Shown piece after piece: positions 10,407 through 19,840 of a stretch of 64,000 nt of DNA (position 1 is its first letter; each line of letters begins with the position of its first letter). The notes beneath the pieces are model-generated. The model saw nothing but the letters and a program-made list of their open reading frames with translations. It ran no database searches and was not told the DNA's origin. The DNA comes from Acidobacteriota bacterium (GTDB lineage: Bacteria; Acidobacteriota; UBA890; WLXD01). The stretch lies in the NCBI GenBank assembly GCA_965248695.1, contig CBDFKD010000002.1:2976001-3040000 (forward strand), given 5' to 3'. The position numbers and the translations under genes are program-made.

Positions 10407-10805
10407 TTGATCCTGCCGGACTCCTCGGTGTGGATCGACTACTTCAACGGCATCGACTGCCCCGAGACCGACCGCCTGCACGAGCTGTTGGCCGCGGAGC
10501 TCGTGGTGGTCGGGGACCTGATCCTGCTGGAGATCCTGCAGGGCTTCCGCACCGATGGCGGCTGCCGGACTGCCCGGGGTTGGCTCGTTCAGATACCGTT
10601 CGCAGAGCTCGGCGGACGCCAGGTGGCGCTGGCCGCGGCCGGCAACTACCGCCGCCTGCGCCGCAAGGGCGTCACGGTGCACAAGACCATCGACGTCGTC
10701 ATCGCGACGTACTGCATCCTGAACCGGCACCCGCTCCTGTACACGGACCGTGACTTCGATCCCATGGTCGACCACCTGGGTCTGACATCGGCGCTGGCAC
10801 AGTGA
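10407..10805 (+). CDS. vapC: PIN-domain (VapC-like) ribonuclease
   Basis: ILPDSSVWIDYF, EILQG, KTIDVVIA, DRDF PIN acidic motifs. Confidence 0.88.
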   Translation: MILPDSSVWIDYFNGIDCPETDRLHELLAAELVVVGDLILLEILQGFRTDGGCRTARGWLVQIPFAELGGRQVALAAAGNYRRLRRKGVTVHKTIDVVIATYCILNRHPLLYTDRDFDPMVDHLGLTSALAQ

Positions 10806-10853
10806 AACCACGCGCGGTACTGGGCCTGATGGCGATGATGTGCGTAGCGGCCG

Positions 10854-12308
10854 CTAGCGGCCCGACTCTGCGATCCGATAGAGACGGGACGCCGTGCGGA
10901 GAAACAGGCTGCCACGCACCATTGCCGGCGTCGCCATGATCATCTCGTCGAGGCTGTTGACCCCGAGCACCTCGAACTCGGCGCCGGCGCTGATCACGTA
11001 GGTATCGCCATCCTCGCTGGCTGCGAAGATGCGGTCGTTGTAGGCCCAGGGCGAGGCGGTGTAGGCGGTGGCTGCCGAGATCCGCCGCTTGTCGTAGACC
11101 TCGGCACCGGTACGCGCATCGTGGGCCGTCATGAAGCCACGATCGTAGAGAGTGTAGTACTGGTCGCCGTACACCAGCGGCGACGGGTTGTAGGGCGCTC
11201 CCTGCCCCAGCGACCAGGCGACGTGGTCGTTAGAGTTCTCTCCTGCCTGCACCGAGATATCGCCCGCAGCGCCCGGCCGGATCGCGTAGACCGGGCGATG
11301 CTCGTCGCCAACGTAGCCGGACGCGAGGTACAGCAGCCCGAACTCGGTGAACGGGGTTGGAATCGTTATGGAGGACATTCCGGCAAGCTCCCACAGGAGC
11401 TCGCCTTCGAGGTCATAGGAGCGCACCCGGTCGGTGCCCGAAGTGACCACCTCGGTACGCCGCTCGTTCGCCCATATGAACGGCGTCGCCCAGTTGGTCC
11501 CCTCGTCGCGCAGCACGGTCCAGAAGTCCTCGCCGGTGACGGCATCCACTGCGCTCATGAACGACTGATCGTCGTTGTCGTTGACGATGTAAAGGCGTCC
11601 CTCATGCAGCGCCGGAGAAGCCGCCGTGCCCCAGCCGAAGCGCGTCTCGACCATCGGCCAGCGCCGCTCCCACAGCATCTCACCGTCAAGGTCGAGTGCG
11701 AACAGGCCGACGTTGCCGAAGTAGACGTAGATCCGCTTGCCGTCGGTGACCGGGGTCTCGGAGGAATAGCTGTTCTTGAGGTGGCGAGGCATATCGGGAA
11801 CGCCCGCGTGCAACTCCGTTTCCCAGCGCAGCTCACCGGTATCGACATCGTAGGCAAATGCGACCCAGCGGTGAGGGTCCGTCGGGATCGGCCGTTCGCC
11901 GCCGAAATAAAGTCCGGGAGTCGGCTCCTCCCCGGGTACGGTGCTGACCACCGACGTCACCACGACCAGGTCGCCCGTGACGATCGGCGAGCTCCAGCCC
12001 ATCCCCGGAACACTGGACGTCCAGACGACGTTGTCCGTTGCGCTCCAGCTGATCGGCAGCACCGGGTCGGCTGCGATGCCACGCGCGCCAGGCCCGCGAA
12101 ACTGGCGCCATTCCTGAGCCTCGGATACCAGATCTCTCGACGCCTGCGCCGTTGTAGCGGACGCCTCCTGCTGGACTCCGTCGGGGTTTTGCGCCAGAGT
12201 CGCCAGCGGCAGTGCCACGGCGGAGAGGACAACAACCTGCCCTGCCCGCCGGAGGAGAGGAGCCGTGGATCGTGGAAAACGGGCACTCGGGGCGAAGCTG
12301 TCAGGCAT
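10854..12308 (-). CDS. PQQ-binding-like beta-propeller protein (BamB-like repeats); start uncertain
   Basis: WRQFRGP, GWSSPI, ASP/PSP repeats, ATPA..G.LFLRT. Confidence 0.85.
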   Translation of the reverse strand: MPDSFAPSARFPRSTAPLLRRAGQVVVLSAVALPLATLAQNPDGVQQEASATTAQASRDLVSEAQEWRQFRGPGARGIAADPVLPISWSATDNVVWTSSVPGMGWSSPIVTGDLVVVTSVVSTVPGEEPTPGLYFGGERPIPTDPHRWVAFAYDVDTGELRWETELHAGVPDMPRHLKNSYSSETPVTDGKRIYVYFGNVGLFALDLDGEMLWERRWPMVETRFGWGTAASPALHEGRLYIVNDNDDQSFMSAVDAVTGEDFWTVLRDEGTNWATPFIWANERRTEVVTSGTDRVRSYDLEGELLWELAGMSSITIPTPFTEFGLLYLASGYVGDEHRPVYAIRPGAAGDISVQAGENSNDHVAWSLGQGAPYNPSPLVYGDQYYTLYDRGFMTAHDARTGAEVYDKRRISAATAYTASPWAYNDRIFAASEDGDTYVISAGAEFEVLGVNSLDEMIMATPAMVRGSLFLRTASRLYRIAESGR

Positions 12309-12450
12309 TGCAGCCATCCTTTCCCTTCTGTCGTGCACCAACTCCGAGAACGCTCCGATGGAGCATCCTATCGGAGAGTGGCAATCTCACGGGGGTGGTC
12401 CCGGAGCCCAACGGTACTCGACACCGACCCAGATCGACAAAGACGTTCAA
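12265..12450 (+). pseudogene. N-terminal remnant of a PQQ-dependent (glucose/quinate-type) dehydrogenase lipoprotein
   Basis: Strong RBS GGAGGAGAGGAG, lipobox LLSC, then EWQSHGGGPGAQRYSTPTQIDK, after which similarity ends. Confidence 0.6.
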
Positions 12451-12490
12451 ACCGGCGCCGTCCCGCGGGCGGCGCCCCGAGGAGAGGAAA

Positions 12491-13348
12491 ATGGTCGCGA
12501 CTAGAGCTCTTCGTTCCACCGTGGGGTTGATGCTGTTCTGCCTGTTTGCTGCCGCAAGCGCACACGGGCAAGCCCCATCGGGGCGGATCTACAACACGGT
12601 GAAGCAGAAGCTCATGGACGGGCAGCCGGTCGTCGGCGGCACGGTGACGTCACCGGACCCCAACATCTACTGCGCCATGGCCAACTCCGGGTTCGACTTT
12701 CTCTGGATCGAGATGCAACACAGCCCGCTGGGCTACCAGGACGTCGCGCGCATGATCTGGGCCTGCCGGGGTGCGCCGGCGATTCCGTTCATTCGCGTTC
12801 CGGACGCGCACGAGGGCGACATCCAGAAGGCAGTCGACATCGGAGCGCTCGGGATCGTCGTACCGATGGTCGCCACGGCCGAGAAGATGGAGCGGGCGGT
12901 GCGCTTCGCCAAGTTCCCGCCACTGGGCGAGCGCAGCCAGGGAGGCGGCCAGTACGGGGCGCTCTGGGGCGACGACTACCGAGCGACCGCAAACGACAAC
13001 ATCATGGTGGTCGCCATGATCGAACAGCTTACCGGCGTCGCCGCGGTCGAGGAGATCGCCGCCGTCCCCGGGGTCGACGCGGTCTTCGCCGCGGCCACGG
13101 ATCTCGGGAGCTTCTCGGGTAAGCGTCAGGGCGATCCGGAGTTCGAGGCACTGGTGGTGACGATCCGCGATGCAACCTTGGGCGCTGGCCTGGCGCTCGG
13201 CGGCCCGCTAGGGTGGGCGAACCGCGAGGGCTTCAACTTTTTCCAGGCTGCCGACGACACCTACCTTGTTCGCCTGGGAGCGCAAACGGCGTTGGAGAAC
13301 GCCGGCGACGGAATCGCCAGAATCGAAGGCACGGAGCAGCAGCGGTAA
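12491..13348 (+). CDS. HpcH/HpaI aldolase family protein with signal peptide
   Basis: GFDFLWIEMQHS, DIGALGIVVPMV, AMIE, VPGVD; GAGG RBS. Confidence 0.88.
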   Translation: MVATRALRSTVGLMLFCLFAAASAHGQAPSGRIYNTVKQKLMDGQPVVGGTVTSPDPNIYCAMANSGFDFLWIEMQHSPLGYQDVARMIWACRGAPAIPFIRVPDAHEGDIQKAVDIGALGIVVPMVATAEKMERAVRFAKFPPLGERSQGGGQYGALWGDDYRATANDNIMVVAMIEQLTGVAAVEEIAAVPGVDAVFAAATDLGSFSGKRQGDPEFEALVVTIRDATLGAGLALGGPLGWANREGFNFFQAADDTYLVRLGAQTALENAGDGIARIEGTEQQR

Positions 13349-13417
13349 ACCGCTCGGCTGGACGGTGCTCGGACCGCAGGCCCGAACCGACGCTCGCCAT
13401 GAGGGCGGGGGCCGTAG

Positions 13418-13831
13418 TCAGGACAACGCCACATGCGGACGCACACTATCGACCGTCGTCCGCGCGGCCGTCCTCGCGCGCTCGGCGTCGGCACGATCGT
13501 AGAAGCCCGTCGGTGTCAGGTCTTCGGCACCGTAGAAGGCGATCTCACGGTCACGGCGCAGGTCCTTGGAGATCGCGGTGAGCTCGTCGAGCCGATCCCG
13601 GACCGGCTGTGGCAATCGATCCTGCTCGGCGATCAGCACGCCGGAAACGTCGTGGATCCGTGGCGGCACCACGCCGTGGGCCCGCAGCAAGCCCTTCAAA
13701 GCGAGCTCGACGATCTCCTGCGACTCGCGCACCACGTCCGCCCAGCTGCCTGCTTCGAACAGGACGTCGAGGGCGCGCAGCCGCACATCGGCGCGCCAGA
13801 CGTGGTCCTGTGCCAGGTTCCGGTCATGCAT
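13418..13831 (-). CDS. HEPN domain protein (toxin partner of MNT)
   Basis: VVRESQEIVELALKGLL...PPRIHDV...REIAFYG. Confidence 0.85.
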   Translation of the reverse strand: MHDRNLAQDHVWRADVRLRALDVLFEAGSWADVVRESQEIVELALKGLLRAHGVVPPRIHDVSGVLIAEQDRLPQPVRDRLDELTAISKDLRRDREIAFYGAEDLTPTGFYDRADAERARTAARTTVDSVRPHVALS

Positions 13832-13834
13832 CCA

Positions 13835-14380
13835 TCAGGCCGCCTCCATCCAATAGGGATGGCCGTCGATGAGGCGACGGATGATACGGCCTGCGGCGAT
13901 GTCGGCGCGCACACGTGCCAGGCGCCGCGACACGGCGACCTCGCGCTCGAACAAGACCAGCCCGTCAATCGCCGCCTCTGCCCAGATGCCGGCGACGACA
14001 TTGTCGGCGGGAGGCAGGCTGACGAAATGCGGCTCCACTGGCCGACCGTCCCAGGAAACGGGTTCAGCGTCCCAGCGACGATACAGCTCTCGGGTCACCT
14101 GCGCTCCTTCATCGACCACGACGAGCAAATCCACGTCTGAGTCGGCGTGCATCTGGGCGCGGGCCCACGAACCGAAGCCGATCACGCCGGCCAGAGCCTC
14201 GCCGGCGACGCTCGCGGCGCGCGTGACGGCTGCCAGCGCACCGGCATCTGCCATCGACCCGGAGGGCGAGGCGAGCTTGCGTGCGCAGTACTCGTTCAAC
14301 GACAGCCCGGCACCGTCGGCCGCCCGTCGAAGCGCTGTGTGGAGCGCGGGTTCGATGCGCAGGAGGAATCGACCCGACAT
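13835..14380 (-). CDS. HicB-like RHH domain fused to a minimal nucleotidyltransferase (MNT) antitoxin
   Basis: SGRFLLRIEPALH...GLSLNEYC (HicB-like) then FGSWAR...SDVDLLVV (GS-x-DxD). Confidence 0.85.
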   Translation of the reverse strand: MSGRFLLRIEPALHTALRRAADGAGLSLNEYCARKLASPSGSMADAGALAAVTRAASVAGEALAGVIGFGSWARAQMHADSDVDLLVVVDEGAQVTRELYRRWDAEPVSWDGRPVEPHFVSLPPADNVVAGIWAEAAIDGLVLFEREVAVSRRLARVRADIAAGRIIRRLIDGHPYWMEAA

Positions 14381-14382
14381 GG

Positions 14383-14436
14383 TGATATCATTCATCAACA
14401 GTTAATGATATCAGTTCGACATCTATACTGATATCA
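14383..14436. promoter_or_regulatory. Three TGATATCA palindromes at 23-bp period; putative autoregulatory operator
   Basis: TGATATCA at 14383, 14406 and 14429 in an AT-rich patch just upstream of the HicB-MNT ATG. Confidence 0.75.
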
Positions 14437-14465
14437 CAACTGGAATCCGCCGGCGTGCCGTACGG

Positions 14466-15536
14466 CTACTCCCCGCCGCTTCTTTCCTCGTAGCGGGCGC
14501 CGCGCAGCACGTTCTCCAGCGAGTAGTTGCCCTCGTGGCAGGCGTACTCGTACAGCGGTTGATCGAAACGCTCGAACGGAATCTCGCCGCCCCAGACGCT
14601 GGTGTACATCGTCGGGTCGTCGATGGTGAACTCGTAGTGGATCGTGTTCTCGCCCACGCGCGTGAATCGCTCGGTCACCTTCCGCTGCGCAGACGGCGGC
14701 ACACCGCGGAATGCATGGTCTGGTTTCAGGTTGGTGGTTTCGACCACCAACGTGTCGCCCTCCCATCGACCCCACGAGTCACCGAACCAGGGGCGCATGC
14801 CCGGCGGCTGTGACGAAGGGTCGCCGAGCCGGATGATCCGCACGTCGTGCACCATCTCCGTCATGATCAGGACGTGGTCGGCGTTCTGTACGATGGTGTA
14901 GTTGTTGTTGTACCAGTAGTTGGGAACCATCGGCGGGCCGGCGTTGGAGCCGAACGACACCAGGCAACGCTGTGCCAGCGGTAACAGCTCCGGATGGTCC
15001 TGCGGACCGAACTGGTCGCGGAACTCCCGCAGCGCCTCGACACGCTCCTCGCCCTCGGCCGTCAGATCAGGCACCAGGCCGTCCGGAGGATCGGTGACCA
15101 AGGAGCTCCGGGACTCGCCATTGACGACAGCTACCCGCTCGCCAGGCTCCCGATAGACCTCGTTGTAGCACCCCGTGGCGGTGTCGATACAGACCGGATA
15201 CTCGCCACCGGACGGCGGCGGAGCACGATCCGGATCGCTCGGCGCGCTGCCCGCTACGACCTCGGCCGCCTGACCCGCCTCGATGGCAGCAACCTGTTCG
15301 ACAGTCAGAACGGCCCCCTGTCCCTCCGGGCGCTGAACTGGCGTGAGCGTGGCGTTGGTCCAGTTGCCCTGCAGATCAGGGTGCCCGTGCGGCGTGCGCG
15401 GCACCTCCCAAACGGCGCCGGAGGAGGCGCTCTGCGCCACCGCTGGAACGAGTGAGGTCGAGACGAGCCCTGCTACCGCGACGACGACGATTGCACAAAG
15501 GCGAAGCTGCATCCAAGGCCGCGAGATCGCGTTCAT
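14466..15536 (-). CDS. Conserved secreted hypothetical protein (PRTP.G.PDLQG.W ... YEYACHEGN type)
   Basis: Signal peptide; GDSWGRWEGDTLVVETTN, ERF, YEYACHEGN. Confidence 0.75.
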   Translation of the reverse strand: MNAISRPWMQLRLCAIVVVAVAGLVSTSLVPAVAQSASSGAVWEVPRTPHGHPDLQGNWTNATLTPVQRPEGQGAVLTVEQVAAIEAGQAAEVVAGSAPSDPDRAPPPSGGEYPVCIDTATGCYNEVYREPGERVAVVNGESRSSLVTDPPDGLVPDLTAEGEERVEALREFRDQFGPQDHPELLPLAQRCLVSFGSNAGPPMVPNYWYNNNYTIVQNADHVLIMTEMVHDVRIIRLGDPSSQPPGMRPWFGDSWGRWEGDTLVVETTNLKPDHAFRGVPPSAQRKVTERFTRVGENTIHYEFTIDDPTMYTSVWGGEIPFERFDQPLYEYACHEGNYSLENVLRGARYEERSGGE

Positions 15537-15853
15537 GTTGGCTCCTGTGCGCCGGTGGCCGTTTTACAGTACATAGACTCTTTCACAAGCACCACGGGCT
15601 CGAAACCGATGGCACTATCGACCCCCGCGTGTTCTGAAGATCTGGGGGTCGTGCTCATTGTCCTCACCAGCGGCTATGGGATCAGCTATTGCGGCGGCCG
15701 GCCAACGCGGCATCCCCGCCGATGGTTACACCTCGGAGGGCCGGAAGAAGGAGTCGGCGCCCGCCTCGGCTTCTTCCCGGAAACGACGCGCATGGGGTCG
15801 ATCAGCGGTGCCGTAGAGTCCCTCGTTCGCGGCATCGGTATCATCGTGGAGAG

Positions 15854-17470
15854 CTAGACCGTAAGGCCGTCGGCCGCGTCCTCAGTACCGGACCCGGGGC
15901 CGGCCTTCCGGTCATCGGGAGCAGTAAGCGCCTTCTCGTCGGACCGCAGCGATCTGGTCAGCGAAACAGCCATCGCTACCCCGGCGAACAGGATCGGGAA
16001 CGACGCCAGCAGCGAGGCCAACCGGATGATCTGCAGTCCGCCGACGAACAGCATGAACAGCGGCAACGCGCCCAGTATCAGCGCCCAGAACAGCCGATGC
16101 GAACGACCCGGGTTGTCGTCGGCGTGGAGCTCTCGAGTCACCGTCGCGGCGATCGTGTAGGAGGCCGAGTCGTAGCTCGTGGCGGCAGACACGACGCTCA
16201 CCACCAGCAGGATCCCCAGCGCCACGACGCTCACCGGCAGCGTCGCGATGATCTTGGCCGTCGCCACGCTCATGCCGGCGTCGGCGAGAACGTTGCTCAC
16301 CGGCAGAAGGTTCTCGAGCTCCAGGTACAGCGCGTAGTTTCCGAGGACGAAGAAGGATACCCAGCAGCCGCCACTGCCCAGACAGGTCATCCCCACAATC
16401 ACCTGACGAAGCGTGCGCCCACGAGAGATCCGGGTCACGAAAGTACCTACCACCGGGGCGAAGGCGATCCACCAAGCCCAATAGAAGACTGTCCAGGACT
16501 CGACGAAGCCGGTGTTCTGGATCGGGTCGGTCCAGGTCAGCATGCGAACGAAATTCGTTGTCATCATGCCGAGTGTCTCGGTGGTCAGCTCGAGAATGAA
16601 CAGCGTCGGCCCGACCACGACGATGTAGGCGAGGAGCAGCCCGAAAAGCACCACGTTGAGATCACTCAGACGCTTGATGCCGGCCTCCAGGCCGAGATAC
16701 ACGCTAACGCCGAACAGCACGACGCAAACGCCGATCGCGAGTGCCTCCAACGCGAACGACGTGCCAATACCGAGCAGCTCGGCGGTGCTCGCCGCGACCA
16801 ACGGCGCGATGAACCCGAGCGAGGTGCCGGCACCACCGAGAATTCCGAGTACGGCGGTGAGGTTCACCAGACGGCCGAAAAAGCTTCGATGCCCGTTCGC
16901 ACCAAGCAATCCGTGGCAGGCGGTACTGGCGCACAGGTGGGGCACCCGGTTGACGTAGAACGGGTAGGCGATCGCCACGGTCGGCAAGGCGTAGATACAC
17001 CACGCGACGATCCCCCAATGGAACGGACCATAGGCCGTCGCCCAGCTGATCGCCTCGGCCGACTGCGGCTCGGCCCCGAACGGTGGATTGTTGTAGTAGG
17101 CGACCCACTCCACCGCCCCCCACGACACCAGCGCCGCTCCGGTGCCGGCACAGAACAACATGCCGCCCCAAGAGAACGTCGAGAAATCGGGCTCCTGCTC
17201 CTCGGCGCCGAGGCGCACCGAGCCGAAGCGTCCGAACGCGATCCACGCCAGGAAGACGATGACCCCGACAGCGAACCACTGGTAGAGAAAACCGAAGTGG
17301 CTCGTCAGTCGGTCGTACAGGTCGGAAACGAAGTCACCTGCGCGCTCGGGCGCAAGCCCCAGAGGGACACAGATGGTGCCGACGACGACTAGCACGACGG
17401 AGAGCATCAGCCAGTCGATCTGCGGCGCCAACGCGCCCCGATCGACCGTCTCCCCGGCCGGCTGATTCAA
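15854..17470 (-). CDS. BCCT family (betaine/carnitine/choline) transporter
   Basis: MLFCAGTG, FHWG, WTVFYWAWWIAFAP.VG.FVTRISRGRT; TTG start overlaps the upstream TGA. Confidence 0.92.
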   Translation of the reverse strand: MNQPAGETVDRGALAPQIDWLMLSVVLVVVGTICVPLGLAPERAGDFVSDLYDRLTSHFGFLYQWFAVGVIVFLAWIAFGRFGSVRLGAEEQEPDFSTFSWGGMLFCAGTGAALVSWGAVEWVAYYNNPPFGAEPQSAEAISWATAYGPFHWGIVAWCIYALPTVAIAYPFYVNRVPHLCASTACHGLLGANGHRSFFGRLVNLTAVLGILGGAGTSLGFIAPLVAASTAELLGIGTSFALEALAIGVCVVLFGVSVYLGLEAGIKRLSDLNVVLFGLLLAYIVVVGPTLFILELTTETLGMMTTNFVRMLTWTDPIQNTGFVESWTVFYWAWWIAFAPVVGTFVTRISRGRTLRQVIVGMTCLGSGGCWVSFFVLGNYALYLELENLLPVSNVLADAGMSVATAKIIATLPVSVVALGILLVVSVVSAATSYDSASYTIAATVTRELHADDNPGRSHRLFWALILGALPLFMLFVGGLQIIRLASLLASFPILFAGVAMAVSLTRSLRSDEKALTAPDDRKAGPGSGTEDAADGLTV

Positions 17471-18381
17471 GCGAACGCGGCCTTCAACGCCTGGATGTGG
17501 GGCACGCCGAGGCCGCAGCATCCGCCGATGATCTGGGCACCAGCGTCTACCCAGACACGAGTCTCGCGCACCAGATCCTCCGGATCGATGATGTCCACGA
17601 ACTGCCAGTTGGGCATCGTGAAGTACCCCGACTCCGGGTAGGCCCCGATCGGACCCGACCAGTGCTCCTTCACCGTGGCGAGTCCCGGTCCGGTGTCGGC
17701 GATGGCGCTATGCATGACGTTGACCACCCCGATGCCCGATCCAGCCAGCTCGCTTACCAGCTGCCCGACGTCCACCTCCGATCTGTCGAAGCCGACGACG
17801 TTGCCGGTGTCGGCATCGACCATACAGCTCACACCGAGCCACACCGGCAGGCCGGTGGCCACCGCCGCCTCGACCTGCATCGGCGAGTACTCCGGGTGGT
17901 AGCACATCTCCAGCGCGATCAGCTCCGCACCCGCCCCGGCGAGCACGTCGGCCTGGCGGCGAAAGCCGTCAGCGAGTTGCTCGGGCCCGGGAGCGGAGTC
18001 CGGATTTACCCAGGGGCACATCGATCCGGCGATCGCCAAGGGCCCCTGCGCTGCCTGCTCGCGCGCCTGCAGCGCCACCTCGACCCCGCGGACGTTGATG
18101 CTCTCCATCTGGTCGCCGAGCCCCGCGAGGTTCAGCGCTTCCTGGCCAGAGGCGAAGGTGTTGGTAATGATCACCTCTGCCCCGGCCTCGATGTAGTCGA
18201 CGTGGGCGTCACGCACCATCTCGGGGTGCGTCTGCAGCGCCACGCCACTCCAGTTCTTGTCGTTCATCGGCACGCCGCGAGCCTCGAGCTCGGTGCCCAT
18301 GGCGCCGTCGATCAGCACCAGGCCGCCGCCAGCGATCTTGTCGTGTAGCCAATCCGGTCCGCATCGTCCGGGAGGTGCCAT
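17467..18381 (-). CDS. Homocysteine S-methyltransferase family protein
   Basis: LIDGAMGTELE, H.DYIEAGA.VI.TNTF, IIGGCCG zinc motif. Confidence 0.9.
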   Translation of the reverse strand: MAPPGRCGPDWLHDKIAGGGLVLIDGAMGTELEARGVPMNDKNWSGVALQTHPEMVRDAHVDYIEAGAEVIITNTFASGQEALNLAGLGDQMESINVRGVEVALQAREQAAQGPLAIAGSMCPWVNPDSAPGPEQLADGFRRQADVLAGAGAELIALEMCYHPEYSPMQVEAAVATGLPVWLGVSCMVDADTGNVVGFDRSEVDVGQLVSELAGSGIGVVNVMHSAIADTGPGLATVKEHWSGPIGAYPESGYFTMPNWQFVDIIDPEDLVRETRVWVDAGAQIIGGCCGLGVPHIQALKAAFA

Positions 18382-18535
18382 GCCGATGATCTCCTTCGTT
18401 TGCTTTTCGCCAGCGAGAACGGCGGGGCCAGCGTGCGGAACGGGCTTCAGCGCATGGGTCAGATCCGACACGGGCGCCGCTGGTGCGCACGGAGTCTACA
18501 CCCGCGCGCGAGCATAGGGACCAGGCACGGCCTTC

Positions 18536-19762
18536 ATGCCAACCGGCTACCCTAGATCCGTGAAGGAGATTGGAGCCTGTATCTCGATTGCGCTACTGGT
18601 GGCGACCGCGCCCGGCGCCCCGGACGGCGACGGACCGGTCCGTAGCGCGCCGATCATCACGCCGATGGCGGCCGCCATCGACATCCCGACCTGCGGCAAT
18701 CGGCGGCAGCTGTACTCGGTGGCGCCCGTCGACCCCGCCGATCTGAGCCACATCATCCCGTTGGGCAACCTCAATCCGCCGGGGCACACTTTCCCCACGG
18801 CCCACTTCTACCAGCACATCAGGCGCGTGGTGCCAGGCGACCGTTCGACACCCTCAGTGGAGGTGCCGGTCGTGGCGCCAGGCCAGGTCTGGATTACCCG
18901 CATCTCCTACACCGAGAACCTGGATCAGGGAACGAAGGACTACTCGTTGCGGTTCTCGCCGTGCGTCGAGCACGAGGCCTATTTCATCCACCTGACGACG
19001 CTGGCTCGCAAGCTCGACCGGCAGCTGGTGGAGCCGCTGAGTTGCAACGAGTACACCACCGGGGGCGAGCAGTGGCGACAATGCACCAAGGAGGTGCACA
19101 CAGAGCTTGCCGCCGGCGACGCGATCGGGACTGCCGGCGGGGCGCTCGACCGCAACGCCCTCGACCTCGGCGCCTCCGATTCCAGAGCCACGCCATCCGT
19201 CTACGCGAATCCGCAGCGCTGGGAGCATCGGCCCCAGCAGCTGATCTTGGTGTGCGCGCTGGACTATTTCGCCCCTGCGGTGCGACGGCGGCTGCGCTCA
19301 CTTCTCGGCGACGCCGAGACCCGTCGCAAGGAGCCGCCGCGCTGCGGTGAGGTGGCCCAGGACGCCCCCGGCACTCTGCAGGGGATCTGGTTTGTCGCCG
19401 GAACTCGCGAGCTGATCTCCGAGGACCGTCACCTTGCCCTGGCTCACGACAACATCGATCCGGCCAAGGGTGTGTTCTCGGTCGGCACGTCGATGCGCAA
19501 GAGTGGCCTCGCTTCCGCCACCTATTTCTTCGAGCCGGCGACGGCCGGGAGACGAAACCGCGACTTCGGGCAGGTCCGCAAGCGCAACAAGGTCTACTGC
19601 TACGAGGTGAGCCGCCGCTTCGCCGCGGAGACAGACCCGCTGACGGTCATCCTCGCCATGTTGACCGGCCCGTCGACGTTGCGGCTGCAGCGCAGCGAGC
19701 TCAGCGCCTGCGGCGGTCCCCCGTGGCAGATGGGTAACGACTACACCGAGTTCGAGCGCTAG
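18536..19762 (+). CDS. Secreted Cys-containing hypothetical protein
   Basis: 408 aa ORF with coding-like codon usage, hydrophobic N-terminus, IIPLGNLNPPGHTFPTAHFY motif. Confidence 0.65.
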   Translation: MPTGYPRSVKEIGACISIALLVATAPGAPDGDGPVRSAPIITPMAAAIDIPTCGNRRQLYSVAPVDPADLSHIIPLGNLNPPGHTFPTAHFYQHIRRVVPGDRSTPSVEVPVVAPGQVWITRISYTENLDQGTKDYSLRFSPCVEHEAYFIHLTTLARKLDRQLVEPLSCNEYTTGGEQWRQCTKEVHTELAAGDAIGTAGGALDRNALDLGASDSRATPSVYANPQRWEHRPQQLILVCALDYFAPAVRRRLRSLLGDAETRRKEPPRCGEVAQDAPGTLQGIWFVAGTRELISEDRHLALAHDNIDPAKGVFSVGTSMRKSGLASATYFFEPATAGRRNRDFGQVRKRNKVYCYEVSRRFAAETDPLTVILAMLTGPSTLRLQRSELSACGGPPWQMGNDYTEFER

Positions 19763-19840
19763 CAGCGGGAGACGCCCGGCGAGATGCGGACGCTACCGGG
19801 CGGTCCTTTTCGCCCGGATCGACTATAAGATGTCGGCAGC

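Noticed and set aside
15555-15857. 100-aa ORF with faint resemblance to an enzyme fragment
   Set aside because: No convincing motif or RBS; cannot be supported
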